Shown here: in pieces, positions 9,631-18,259 of the stretch
Layout: each line of letters begins with the position of its first letter
Numbering within the stretch: position 1 is the first letter of the stretch
Origin: Geopsychrobacteraceae bacterium
GTDB taxonomy: Bacteria; Desulfobacterota; Desulfuromonadia; Desulfuromonadales; Geopsychrobacteraceae
NCBI GenBank assembly: GCA_963662315.1
Contig: OY759353.1
Span: 1,344,001 to 1,408,000 of the forward strand
Direction: 5' to 3'
DNA: 64,000 bases
Made by a program: the position numbers and the translations under genes
Notes under the pieces: generated by a model
What the model was told of the DNA's origin: nothing
Databases searched by the model: none
What the model saw: only the letters and a program-made list of their open reading frames with translations

Positions 9631-10385
9631 GGCTTCACCTTATCGGTACCAATCACATCCAGAAACGCATCCTCTAGAGACATCCCTTCTCTGACAATTT
9701 CCGACAATTTCCCAAACACCTTAAGCTCTCCGGCGGAAATAATTCCGACCCGATCGCAAAGACGTTCAACATCATTTAGAATATGGGACGAAAAAAAGAT
9801 CGTTTTCCCTTGCCGCCTTAATTCAAGAATCAAATCAACTACCATTTTCCGTCCGACAGGATCCAACCCACTCATAGGTTCATCGAGAATGACTATTTGA
9901 GGATCATGAATAAGAGCAAGAGCAAGACCGGCCCGTTGCACCATCCCTTTTGAATAGGTGCGTAAGCGCCTTTTTCTTGCCTCCTGCAGACCAACCTTTT
10001 TCAGTAGCAATTCACTTCGCGTTTGGATATCAGACTTCTTCATTCCCGATGTTTTTCCGCCAAACCAAAGAATCTCTTCCGCAGTAAGATAGTCATAAAA
10101 ATAGGGATTTTCCGGGAGATAGCCAATCGGAATTTTCGACTTTGTTAGACGGGAATCGACTCCCATTATCTCGATAACCCCGGAATCTGGATGAATCAGA
10201 TTTAAAATAGATTTGATTGTGGTTGACTTCCCTGCCCCATTAGGACCAAGAAAACCAAAAATTTCTCCGCGCTTGATCGCCAAGGAGACGTCGTTAAGGG
10301 CCGCAACGGGTCGACCCCTCATTCCTTCATGGTAGAATTTTGATAATTTCTCAATACGAATAACGATATCTGGCATGGCAATCAC
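9627..10385 (-). CDS. ABC transporter ATP-binding protein (PilH/XapD-like)
   Basis: GPNGAGKST, YSKGM signature, ILDEP. Confidence 0.92.
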   Translation of the reverse strand: MIAMPDIVIRIEKLSKFYHEGMRGRPVAALNDVSLAIKRGEIFGFLGPNGAGKSTTIKSILNLIHPDSGVIEIMGVDSRLTKSKIPIGYLPENPYFYDYLTAEEILWFGGKTSGMKKSDIQTRSELLLKKVGLQEARKRRLRTYSKGMVQRAGLALALIHDPQIVILDEPMSGLDPVGRKMVVDLILELRRQGKTIFFSSHILNDVERLCDRVGIISAGELKVFGKLSEIVREGMSLEDAFLDVIGTDKVKP

Positions 10386-10407
10386 TTAAGCAAGGAAGAA
10401 AGTATTA

Positions 10408-10944
10408 TCACTGAACGATCCACCCGCCGCCTAGGGCAATATCATCAGCTCTATTAACAGCAGGTACTACAACCCCAGTACCCCCAAGAGTTACACTGAC
10501 AGTATTGGCTCGAAACCTGACATCATTGACATCACTGTCTATAGCAAAAACCTTTTCACCAAGAACGTGTTTAGTCATTGCAATATAAGACAGGCCCAGG
10601 TTATCAGTACTGGAAACAAATCCAACACCATTACTGGCACCATACTGCAGAAAGGTTGTCAAATTTGCAAGGCCATCGTTATTCGTACCTGGAGCCTGGT
10701 TGACAACACCATTCCCTAATACAGCAACAGTGGTTCCGGTGTTGACCGTCTGACCATAGGATCGCGTATCAACACTTATACTCAGCTGAATTTTTCTGAC
10801 ATTAACAAGATCAGATATGGCAACTGAATCAAAGGTTCTGACCCGGAAAGTTGAATACAAAGGGACTGCTATGGCAGCAAGCACACCAACAATAGCAACG
10901 ACGATCAATAATTCAACAAGAGTAAAACCGCCTTCAGATTTCAT
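10408..10944 (-). CDS. Second long type IVa pilin (pilA paralog)
   Basis: MKSEGG/FTLVELLIVVAIVGVLAAIAVP class III signal from ATG 10944; C-domain aligns by eye with the upstream pilin. Confidence 0.9.
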   Translation of the reverse strand: MKSEGGFTLVELLIVVAIVGVLAAIAVPLYSTFRVRTFDSVAISDLVNVRKIQLSISVDTRSYGQTVNTGTTVAVLGNGVVNQAPGTNNDGLANLTTFLQYGASNGVGFVSSTDNLGLSYIAMTKHVLGEKVFAIDSDVNDVRFRANTVSVTLGGTGVVVPAVNRADDIALGGGWIVQ

Positions 10945-10966
10945 GATTGTCCCGAAATGATTTGAT

Positions 10967-11001
10967 AAAAAAAGCGGATATTGACATAGACAATATCCGC
11001 T
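10967..11001 (-). terminator. Intrinsic terminator between the two pilin genes
   Basis: GCGGATATTG-acataga-CAATATCCGC stem plus A7 on + strand (U-tract on -). Confidence 0.85.
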
Positions 11002-11040
11002 ATCAAACACATTAAGTGTTACGACACCACTTATGACAAA

Positions 11041-11640
11041 TTACAGCGGTGTATACGCGTTTCCACTAGGGCCATTAATAAGCGCACCAGCATTAACAAA
11101 ATCATCAACAGAGGGATTAGCGCCTGGCTCATCGCCAGCGGCAAGTGCAGTGCCAACGTTAGCGGCAAGACGATCGACATAAAAGTTTGTTGTATCGCTG
11201 TCAGTTCCAATATAGCTGTCACCAGCTGTATGTTTCGAAAGAGCGGTAAACGAAGCACCAGTAGCATCGGTTGTAGCTACCATTAACACACCATTACTGA
11301 TCGGAATTTGCAGGTCTTGAGCATTACCATTTATATCAGTACCGGTAATAAGATCAGTTGTAGCATTTCCACCAGTCAGAAGAGCACCAGCACCAAAGCC
11401 ACCAGCACCAGCGCCCACTGCATTTTCTTCGGACAGACCGAACACACGCCAGTCTCCAAAGAAGGCTGCCTGAGAAACAGCCATATTGCGGATATCTGAT
11501 TGAGAGGCTGAGTTAAAACTCCTGACACGATAAGCAGCAAACTGAGGAATAGCAATAGCAGCCAAAATACCGATGATCGCAACAACGATCAACAGTTCGA
11601 TCAGGGTGAAACCTTTTTCATTCTTTTGATACTTCAACAT
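11041..11640 (-). CDS. pilA: Major type IVa pilin (long form)
   Basis: KG/FTLIELLIVVAIIGILAAIAIPQF; AAGGAG RBS; sigma54 promoter upstream and terminator downstream. Confidence 0.95.
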   Translation of the reverse strand: MLKYQKNEKGFTLIELLIVVAIIGILAAIAIPQFAAYRVRSFNSASQSDIRNMAVSQAAFFGDWRVFGLSEENAVGAGAGGFGAGALLTGGNATTDLITGTDINGNAQDLQIPISNGVLMVATTDATGASFTALSKHTAGDSYIGTDSDTTNFYVDRLAANVGTALAAGDEPGANPSVDDFVNAGALINGPSGNAYTPL

Positions 11641-11723
11641 TTTTGTCTCCTTTTGTTGAAAATAGTGATTGAGCTTTTTCGCTCTGTGGTTTGATTACTT
11701 CAATCTTACTCAACACTTTACAA

Positions 11724-11739
11724 AGCAGAAGTTATGCCA
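11724..11739 (-). promoter_or_regulatory. Sigma54 (-24/-12) promoter of pilA
   Basis: Minus strand TGGCATAACTTCTGCT = GG-N10-GC; adjacent to the sigma54 activator gene pilR. Confidence 0.85.
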
Positions 11740-11933
11740 AAATATCAATTGCCGAAGAATTGAGTTATACAAAAATTGCCCTTAAACATTAATTCACTCT
11801 TAACTTATTGAATTATCACGGGTGTTTGTTGAGGACATCTCATATTAAGATAAAGATCCAAGGACTATAATGAAACCGGTGCTCTTACCCCTCGAGTTGT
11901 TTCTCTCTTTCAAAATATTTCTTCATGATAAAA

Positions 11934-11971
11934 TGCCAATTATCGTCAACAGCTCCTGACAATTTTTGTCA
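11934..11971. promoter_or_regulatory. Candidate PilR enhancer (tandem palindromes)
   Basis: TGACA-N5-TGTCA at 11957-11971 and degenerate TGCCA-N5-CGTCA at 11934-11948, about 200 bp upstream of the sigma54 site. Confidence 0.55.
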
Positions 11972-12004
11972 CCCATAGAAATCAGAAAGGCTTAGCAGTG
12001 CTTT

Positions 12005-12034
12005 TTTTACCGCAATGACGCAAAGGACGCGAAG
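12005..12034 (+). repeat. Period-9 (CGCAAAGGA-like) repeat, left copy
   Basis: TTTTACCGCAATGACGCAAAGGACGCGAAG; 25/30 identical to the reverse complement of 12732-12761. Confidence 0.8.
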
Positions 12035-12065
12035 GAGGTCAGATAATTCGATTTTTAAAATTATC

Positions 12066-12388
12066 TCAGGGTTGACTATGCCTGTGGCGGGAATAGATGA
12101 CAATTCCGACTCGTTCGATATGCTCGATAAGGTCTTGATTTCCTAACCCTGAAAAATTGACTACATCAAAAAGTACGGAAGCAGGGTTTCTTCATTCAGC
12201 TGTGCAGACAATTTGGCAGCGATTCGTTCAGTGGCAGCATGTCCTTTTACTGCCAGATCAATATCAGAGCCAGGCTTGGATGTCCCCTTAGCCCGTGAAC
12301 CAAACAGCTCAACTTGCTCAACCTCTGGATGTGTTGAGAAAAGTTGCTCCATTTCTTTCAGAGTATGATCACTGAGTCCATATCTCAA
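12066..12388 (-). pseudogene. Minimal nucleotidyltransferase (MNT) antitoxin, frameshifted
   Basis: LFGSRAKG...GSDIDLAV motif; stops early at 12161. Adding one base to the A5 run at 12168-12172 restores PYFFDVVNFSGLGNQDLIEHIERVGIVIY... to a stop at 12066. Confidence 0.85.
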
Positions 12389-12732
12389 CTTGAAGCCTTT
12401 ACTGACATGGTCAAATAAATATGTTTTAAGACGGGATAATACTCTTCACGGATTTTCTTTTCTACAGCATTGGCAATTGCTTCATCGTGAGTATGCACAG
12501 TCAGATTTCGATCCGTCAAGGCTTTGAGCCACAAATCACCTGCGGTTAACAAACCAACCTGAAAAGCCTGCTTAATGCCACTACGAGGACTGTTTATAGA
12601 AAAACCTTCCAGATCAAAGTAATCTTTCAGAACTTTCCAAGCGAGTTCGAAAGACATCTCAATAAGCCCAGCCCGCTCGACCTCGGATAGATTCTTGATT
12701 GCCAGAGATTGCTCAGAAAGCGAAAAGTTTTC
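12385..12732 (-). pseudogene. HEPN / nucleotidyltransferase substrate-binding (HI0074-like) protein, 5'-truncated
   Basis: SEVERAGLI-EMSFELAWK and RNLTVH (RX4H); family-like sequence extends upstream to an in-frame TAA at 12733-12735 with no start codon. Confidence 0.8.
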
Positions 12733-12761
12733 TTAGCGTCCTTTGCGTCTCAGCGGTGAAA
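12732..12761 (-). repeat. Period-9 (CGCAAAGGA-like) repeat, right copy (inverted)
   Basis: Minus strand TTTCACCGCTGAGACGCAAAGGACGCTAAG. Confidence 0.8.
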
Positions 12762-12781
12762 TTATCTTTGAAAATTGTATA

Positions 12782-14155
12782 TCACTCATCCCCAATACCC
12801 AGTTTTTCCAGCCGGTAACGTATCGACCTAAAACTGATACCAAGCAACTCCGCAGCTTTGGTCCTGACACCACCCGATTTTTCAAGGGCCTTGACCAGAA
12901 CATTCCGTTCGATCTCTTCCAGCCAGGGCTCCAACTGAAAATCTTCCGGGATTTCATCGAGAAGGCACTTGGTGCCTTTTTTTGTCACCTGCATCTGGGG
13001 TGGTAAACTTTCTAATTTAAGTTCGTCAACACCACCAAGAACCAGACAGCGTTCGACCATGTTTTCCAATTCCCGAACATTACCAGGCCACTCATAATCA
13101 AGGAGGATTTCGAGGGCTTCGGGCTGAATGGGATAAGTGTCCTTACCGGTCTGCTGGGCATAAAAGCGGTTGATCAGCAGCGGAATATCCGATTTTCGGT
13201 CGCGTAACGGTGGCAATTCTACGGACACTACATTGAGGCGATAAAAAAGATCCTCACGGAATTGCCCGTCCTGAACCATTTGCACCAGATCCTGATTGGT
13301 CGCAGCAACCAGCCGAATATCGAGCGGGAGATTTTTAGTCCCCCCTACCCTGCGGAATTCACGTTCCTGCAAAACCCTGAGCAGCTTGACCTGCATCCCC
13401 ATGGGGAGTTCGCCGATTTCATCGAGAAACAAAGTCCCCTTGTCAGCCGTTTCAAACAAACCTTCTTTTTTACGGTCCGCTCCGGTAAAAGCCCCTTTTT
13501 CATGCCCGAAAAGTTCACTTTCAAGCAAATTTTCGGGAATAGCTCCACAATTGATCGGTACAAAAGCATGATCTTTACGATGACTGTTGAGGTGTAACGC
13601 TTTAGCTACCAATTCCTTACCAGTACCGCTTTCACCGGTAATCAAAACGTTGGCTTCACTGGGGGCGATGCGTTCCAGCAGAGAGGTCAGCTTCCGCATT
13701 TCTCGACTTTCCCCGATCAAGCGCTTAAAGGAGAACCGTTGCCCGAGCTGTTCTTTTAGACGTCGATTTTCCTGCTGCAGCTTTTTCCGTTCAAGAGCAT
13801 TTTTTACAACCAACCTGATTTCATCGTTTTTAAACGGCTTGGTAATATAGTCGTAAGCACCGAGCTTCATCGCTTCAACAGCCTCTTCTGTAGAAGAAAA
13901 GGCCGTCATCATTAATACTGTGACATCATTATCCTGTTCACGCAGTGACCGCAACAGTTCGAGTCCACCCAATTCAGGCATTTTCATATCGCTGATAATC
14001 AGATCAAATTCAGTGTCACCTACGCGAGCTAATGCTTTCTTCCCATTTTCCACCTGCGCGACATGATACCCCTCTCGCTCTAGTAATATGGCCAGCATTT
14101 CGCGCAGGCTTTTTTCATCATCAACAACTAAAATTTCATGCGGTTTTGTTTTCAC
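12782..14155 (-). CDS. pilR: Sigma54-dependent response regulator PilR
   Basis: REC domain, GESGTGKE, GAFTGA, Fis-type HTH; probable GTG start at 14155 (ORF is open to 14173). Confidence 0.92.
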   Translation of the reverse strand: MKTKPHEILVVDDEKSLREMLAILLEREGYHVAQVENGKKALARVGDTEFDLIISDMKMPELGGLELLRSLREQDNDVTVLMMTAFSSTEEAVEAMKLGAYDYITKPFKNDEIRLVVKNALERKKLQQENRRLKEQLGQRFSFKRLIGESREMRKLTSLLERIAPSEANVLITGESGTGKELVAKALHLNSHRKDHAFVPINCGAIPENLLESELFGHEKGAFTGADRKKEGLFETADKGTLFLDEIGELPMGMQVKLLRVLQEREFRRVGGTKNLPLDIRLVAATNQDLVQMVQDGQFREDLFYRLNVVSVELPPLRDRKSDIPLLINRFYAQQTGKDTYPIQPEALEILLDYEWPGNVRELENMVERCLVLGGVDELKLESLPPQMQVTKKGTKCLLDEIPEDFQLEPWLEEIERNVLVKALEKSGGVRTKAAELLGISFRSIRYRLEKLGIGDE

Positions 14156-15800
14156 CGACGCGTCCCTCCCCACAAAAACATAAAACGAATTGAGCCCCTC
14201 CTAAAGGACTCTGCTCCACCATCACCCTGCCGTCATGGATATCCATCACACTGTAAACAGAAGCCAATCCCAACCCGGTACCCGACTCCTTGGTAGAAAA
14301 GAAGGGTTCAAATATTTTTTCTTTGATCGTATCCGAGATACCCGGGCCTGAATCTTCAATAACTATACAGGAATCAGAGTTTTGTTTATTTCCGACACCA
14401 AAGCTGAGGGTTCCGTGACCATTCATAGCTTCCATAGCATTTACTGCAAGGTCCCACAAAATCTGAAACAACATATCTCTGTCGAGCAGAGCAACAACTT
14501 CATCGTGACCTTTGTTTACAGATATTTCGATATTTTTAAAACGTTTATCACTGAGCAGCATGTTCTGCAATTCAAGTATAACAGCAACGATGTTAACCGG
14601 CTTTTTTATAGGAACTTTCGGCCTGGCAAAGTCGAGAAAATCGGTTAATAGATGATTGAGTCGATCTGCCTCTTTAACAACAATTTTCATCAATCCAATA
14701 TCCTGATCAGGGATATTGGCGGATTCTGCCAACATTTGCACAGAGCCGCTTATTGATGTTAACGGATTACGAATTTCATGAGCCATTCCCGCCGCCAGTC
14801 TACCAACAGCAGCAAGGCGATCGGCTCTTTTAAGATCTTCCTCTATTCTTTTGAGCTGAGTAAGATCCTGAAATGTCACCAACGTACCAATAAACTCCCC
14901 TTGGTTCCCCCATGCCGGAGTCGTCGCATATCCTAAAATCAAGTTTTCACCCGAAGGCCGATTAAAAAAGCATTCAGAACGTCTAACCGGCTGAGCCCCC
15001 ACCATCAAAGAGTTTGAAAAACCAGGAAAAAGCCCTGCTGCCGATTGATTATAGACGGAAAGCAAGTCATAACCAGTGATTTCCTCAGCAGCACGGTTAA
15101 ATGAACGAACTAAACCCTTGGGACCGACCAGCATCAAGCCACTGCTGATATGAGCCAAGATTGTTCGGTTCATTTTTTCCAGGTCCGCGTAATCAACACT
15201 TTTTTTAAGTAACTGCGCTTCACTGCGCTGCCAACGCTCCGCAAGGGTACCACTTAATCCTGCGGTGAGAAAAAATGCAACAGAGTGAACAAAAATAACA
15301 GAAAGGTAGGTTCCGGCAGAAAAACTCTGTTCAAGATTTAAAACTTTCAAGTACCCGAAATACTGCAGATCAAGAATTCCACCAAACAGAATAACAGAAC
15401 AGGCCGCCGCAAGCAGAGTAAAACGCCTGTTTAATAAGAAGCTGGCTGAAACGATAATCAATAAGTAGGCAAATGAAAAAACACTTTCAATTCCCCGACT
15501 CATAAGAATGAGAACGCTCACAAAGAGCAAATCCCATGAGATCTGAACTTCAACAAAATATTTAAGAAGCGGAAAAAATTTTAAGACTAAGGCAGAAATG
15601 AGCGCTGAAAAATAAGCGACAGCTATTAATATAAACAGAGGAATGATAGTTTGCTGCTGAGTCGATCCTTTAACAAAAAAAAGAGCTGCCCCCCCTAGTA
15701 AAATAGTAATAACCGCAGTCCGGCAAGCTAAATACAGCGTCAGACTGCGGTTACCATAACCTTTTTGAGAATTATTTAAGCTAAAGACTACCCTACTCAT
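14136..15800 (-). CDS. pilS: Sensor histidine kinase PilS
   Basis: About 6 TMs, PAS-like segment, AHEIRNPL, GTGLGL; lies between pilC and pilR. Confidence 0.9.
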   Translation of the reverse strand: MSRVVFSLNNSQKGYGNRSLTLYLACRTAVITILLGGAALFFVKGSTQQQTIIPLFILIAVAYFSALISALVLKFFPLLKYFVEVQISWDLLFVSVLILMSRGIESVFSFAYLLIIVSASFLLNRRFTLLAAACSVILFGGILDLQYFGYLKVLNLEQSFSAGTYLSVIFVHSVAFFLTAGLSGTLAERWQRSEAQLLKKSVDYADLEKMNRTILAHISSGLMLVGPKGLVRSFNRAAEEITGYDLLSVYNQSAAGLFPGFSNSLMVGAQPVRRSECFFNRPSGENLILGYATTPAWGNQGEFIGTLVTFQDLTQLKRIEEDLKRADRLAAVGRLAAGMAHEIRNPLTSISGSVQMLAESANIPDQDIGLMKIVVKEADRLNHLLTDFLDFARPKVPIKKPVNIVAVILELQNMLLSDKRFKNIEISVNKGHDEVVALLDRDMLFQILWDLAVNAMEAMNGHGTLSFGVGNKQNSDSCIVIEDSGPGISDTIKEKIFEPFFSTKESGTGLGLASVYSVMDIHDGRVMVEQSPLGGAQFVLCFCGEGRVGENKTA

Positions 15801-17017
15801 TAACCGCCGGCAGCCCCAGCAAGTTTAAAGATTGGCAGATACATCGCAATAACAAGACCACCAACTGTCGTCCCCAAAAATAACATAAGCAGTGGTTCCA
15901 TCATTGACGTCAAGCTCTTTACGGCTTCATCGACTTCATCATCATAAAAATCTGCGATTTTTGACAACATGGTATCCAAGGCACCTGATTGTTCTCCAAC
16001 CTCGATCATCTGACATACCATAGGCGGGAAAACACCCGAGGCCTTCAATGGCTCGGCGATGGTATTCCCCTCACTAATACTAGCCCTGACTTTGATGATA
16101 GCCTTTTCTATTGTGCGGTTTCCAGCTGTTTTTCGGACAATTTCCAAACCATCAAGAATCGGAACGCCACTCGATATCATCGTAGCCATGGTCCGTGAAA
16201 ATTTTGCAACAGCGACCTTTCGAATCAATAGGCCAAACACAGGTAGCTTAAGTGCCCAATTGTCAATAATATCGCGGCCCTTATTCGTCGCGTAGACCTT
16301 TTTAACGCCAACGATGCCTGCAACAAGAAAACCGATAATGACTAATATATAATTCTGGATAAAATTACTTAGATTAATAACTAATTGAGTTGGAGCCGGC
16401 AATGCCCCACCAAAATCAGAAAACATTTTTTCAAAAGCAGGGATAACAAAGATAAGAATGACCGCAATTACAACGATTGCAATGCCAACGATAGTAGCTG
16501 GATAGGTCATGGCACTTTTAACCTGCTTTCTAAGTTTCAAAGCTTTTTCAATATAGACAGCAAGACGATTTAGAATGGTATCCAGAATACCACCAACCTC
16601 ACCGGCAGCAACCAGGTTGACATAAAGTTCATTAAAAGCCTTCGGATGCTTTTTCAAAGCCTCGGCAAAGGTCGAGCCAGATTCGACATCTTCTTTAACT
16701 TTGATCAACACTTCTTTAAAGGTTTTATTATCCTGCTGGCTCGACAAAATATCCAAACACTGGACCAGGGGCAAACCAGCATCAATCATAGTGGCAAACT
16801 GACGGGTAAAAATAACAATATCTTTTGTTGTAATTTTTGGTTTGAGGAAACTGATGTTTATTTCTGCATTGAGTCCGGTCCCAGCCGTCTTGACCTTGTT
16901 GGCCTGAATTCCCTGCCGTCGCAAATTGGCGACAACAGCAGATTCACTGGCAGCTTCCATGGTGCCTTTAGTTGATTTACCATCTCGAGAACGCCCAGTC
17001 CATGCGAACGTTGGCAT
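15800..17017 (-). CDS. pilC: Type IV pilus platform protein
   Basis: FTRQFATMIDAGLPL, AMYLPIFKL. Confidence 0.96.
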   Translation of the reverse strand: MPTFAWTGRSRDGKSTKGTMEAASESAVVANLRRQGIQANKVKTAGTGLNAEINISFLKPKITTKDIVIFTRQFATMIDAGLPLVQCLDILSSQQDNKTFKEVLIKVKEDVESGSTFAEALKKHPKAFNELYVNLVAAGEVGGILDTILNRLAVYIEKALKLRKQVKSAMTYPATIVGIAIVVIAVILIFVIPAFEKMFSDFGGALPAPTQLVINLSNFIQNYILVIIGFLVAGIVGVKKVYATNKGRDIIDNWALKLPVFGLLIRKVAVAKFSRTMATMISSGVPILDGLEIVRKTAGNRTIEKAIIKVRASISEGNTIAEPLKASGVFPPMVCQMIEVGEQSGALDTMLSKIADFYDDEVDEAVKSLTSMMEPLLMLFLGTTVGGLVIAMYLPIFKLAGAAGG

Positions 17018-17111
17018 GAGATACCCCTTTCCCTACTTCTCAATTATTCGTTTCAAAGTTAGAAACGCACATTATTGTTAAGCCATCAATAAGATCAGAC
17101 AATAAAAAACT

Positions 17112-18224
17112 TCACATCCCCCGCCCTGGACTAATTACTTTTTTACGACTCAATACCGCCTGAGGGTTAGCAAACATCTGCTTCAACTCTTCAATGTCAT
17201 GCGACCTGCTCATAGCATCTTCCTGCGTAATCTGACGTGCGTGAGCCAAAAGAAAAAGAGACTGATTAAAGGTCTGCATAGCGAATTTATCCTGCCCTAT
17301 CTGCATTTGGGAATAAATCTGATGAATCTTATCCTCGCGGATCAGGTTGCGAATTGCCGGATTGGGTACCATGACTTCGAGGGCCATACAGCGGCCCTTG
17401 CCACTGGCATTGGGAATCAAGGCCTGGGACAATACTCCTTCCAGAACGAATGACAGCTGCGTACGCACCTGCGACTGCTGAGTGGTCGGGAAAACATCTA
17501 TAATCCGGTTCATGGTCTGCACGCAGGAATTAGTATGCAGGGTAGCAAAACATAAGTGACCCGTTTCAGCAATGGTCAATGCCGCTTCAATAGTCTCGAT
17601 ATCACGCAACTCACCAAGCAGAACAACATCTGGATCCTGGCGCAAAATATATTTGAGTGCTTTTTTAAAGGATTGGGTGTCCGCTCCCACTTCGCGCTGA
17701 TTCACCAGACATCTTTTATGTGGATGCAGATATTCGATTGGGTCTTCGATGGTAATAATGTGCTCGGCACGCTCACGATTAATTGAGTCGATAATCGCAG
17801 CAAGTGTGGTCGACTTGCCACTGCCTGTTGGGCCTGTTACCAACACCAGACCGCGAGGTTTCTTGGCCAAGGAGCGCACAACCGGTGGTAATCCCAGTTC
17901 TTCAAAACCACGGATTTCAAAAGGAATGGTCCGAAAAGCGCCAGCAACCGCTCCCCGCTGCACAAAGAGATTTCCCCGGAAACGAGACAGCCCCTTAACG
18001 CCAAAGGACAAGTCCAGCTCACTCTCTTCCTCGAAGCGGCGTTTCTGAGCATCGGTCAAAACGCTGTAACAGAGCTGTTTCGTCTCAGCTGGGGACATAT
18101 TGGGTAAGGGCAACGGAGACATGCGACCATCGATACGAATCTGGGGTGGCGAACCGGTCGATATGTGAAGGTCAGATGCTCCCTGCTCAATCATCGATTT
18201 AAGAAGTTGATGCATGTTTGCCAT
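17112..18224 (-). CDS. pilT: Pilus retraction ATPase
   Basis: GPTGSGKST, TIEDPIE, AIRNLIRE motif. Confidence 0.97.
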   Translation of the reverse strand: MANMHQLLKSMIEQGASDLHISTGSPPQIRIDGRMSPLPLPNMSPAETKQLCYSVLTDAQKRRFEEESELDLSFGVKGLSRFRGNLFVQRGAVAGAFRTIPFEIRGFEELGLPPVVRSLAKKPRGLVLVTGPTGSGKSTTLAAIIDSINRERAEHIITIEDPIEYLHPHKRCLVNQREVGADTQSFKKALKYILRQDPDVVLLGELRDIETIEAALTIAETGHLCFATLHTNSCVQTMNRIIDVFPTTQQSQVRTQLSFVLEGVLSQALIPNASGKGRCMALEVMVPNPAIRNLIREDKIHQIYSQMQIGQDKFAMQTFNQSLFLLAHARQITQEDAMSRSHDIEELKQMFANPQAVLSRKKVISPGRGM

Positions 18225-18259
18225 AAAAAGTATCCTTTACCGACTGCAGCAATAACCCA

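Noticed and set aside
10408..11640. Pilin antigenic variation by gene conversion or inversion
   Set aside because: The two genes share no long nucleotide identity, both have complete signals, and no recombinase or invertible repeats flank them
12005..12034. c-di-GMP-I riboswitch (GACGCAAAG) or CRISPR repeat
   Set aside because: No P1/P2 stems or GGCAAAC; only two copies, inverted, with no spacer array
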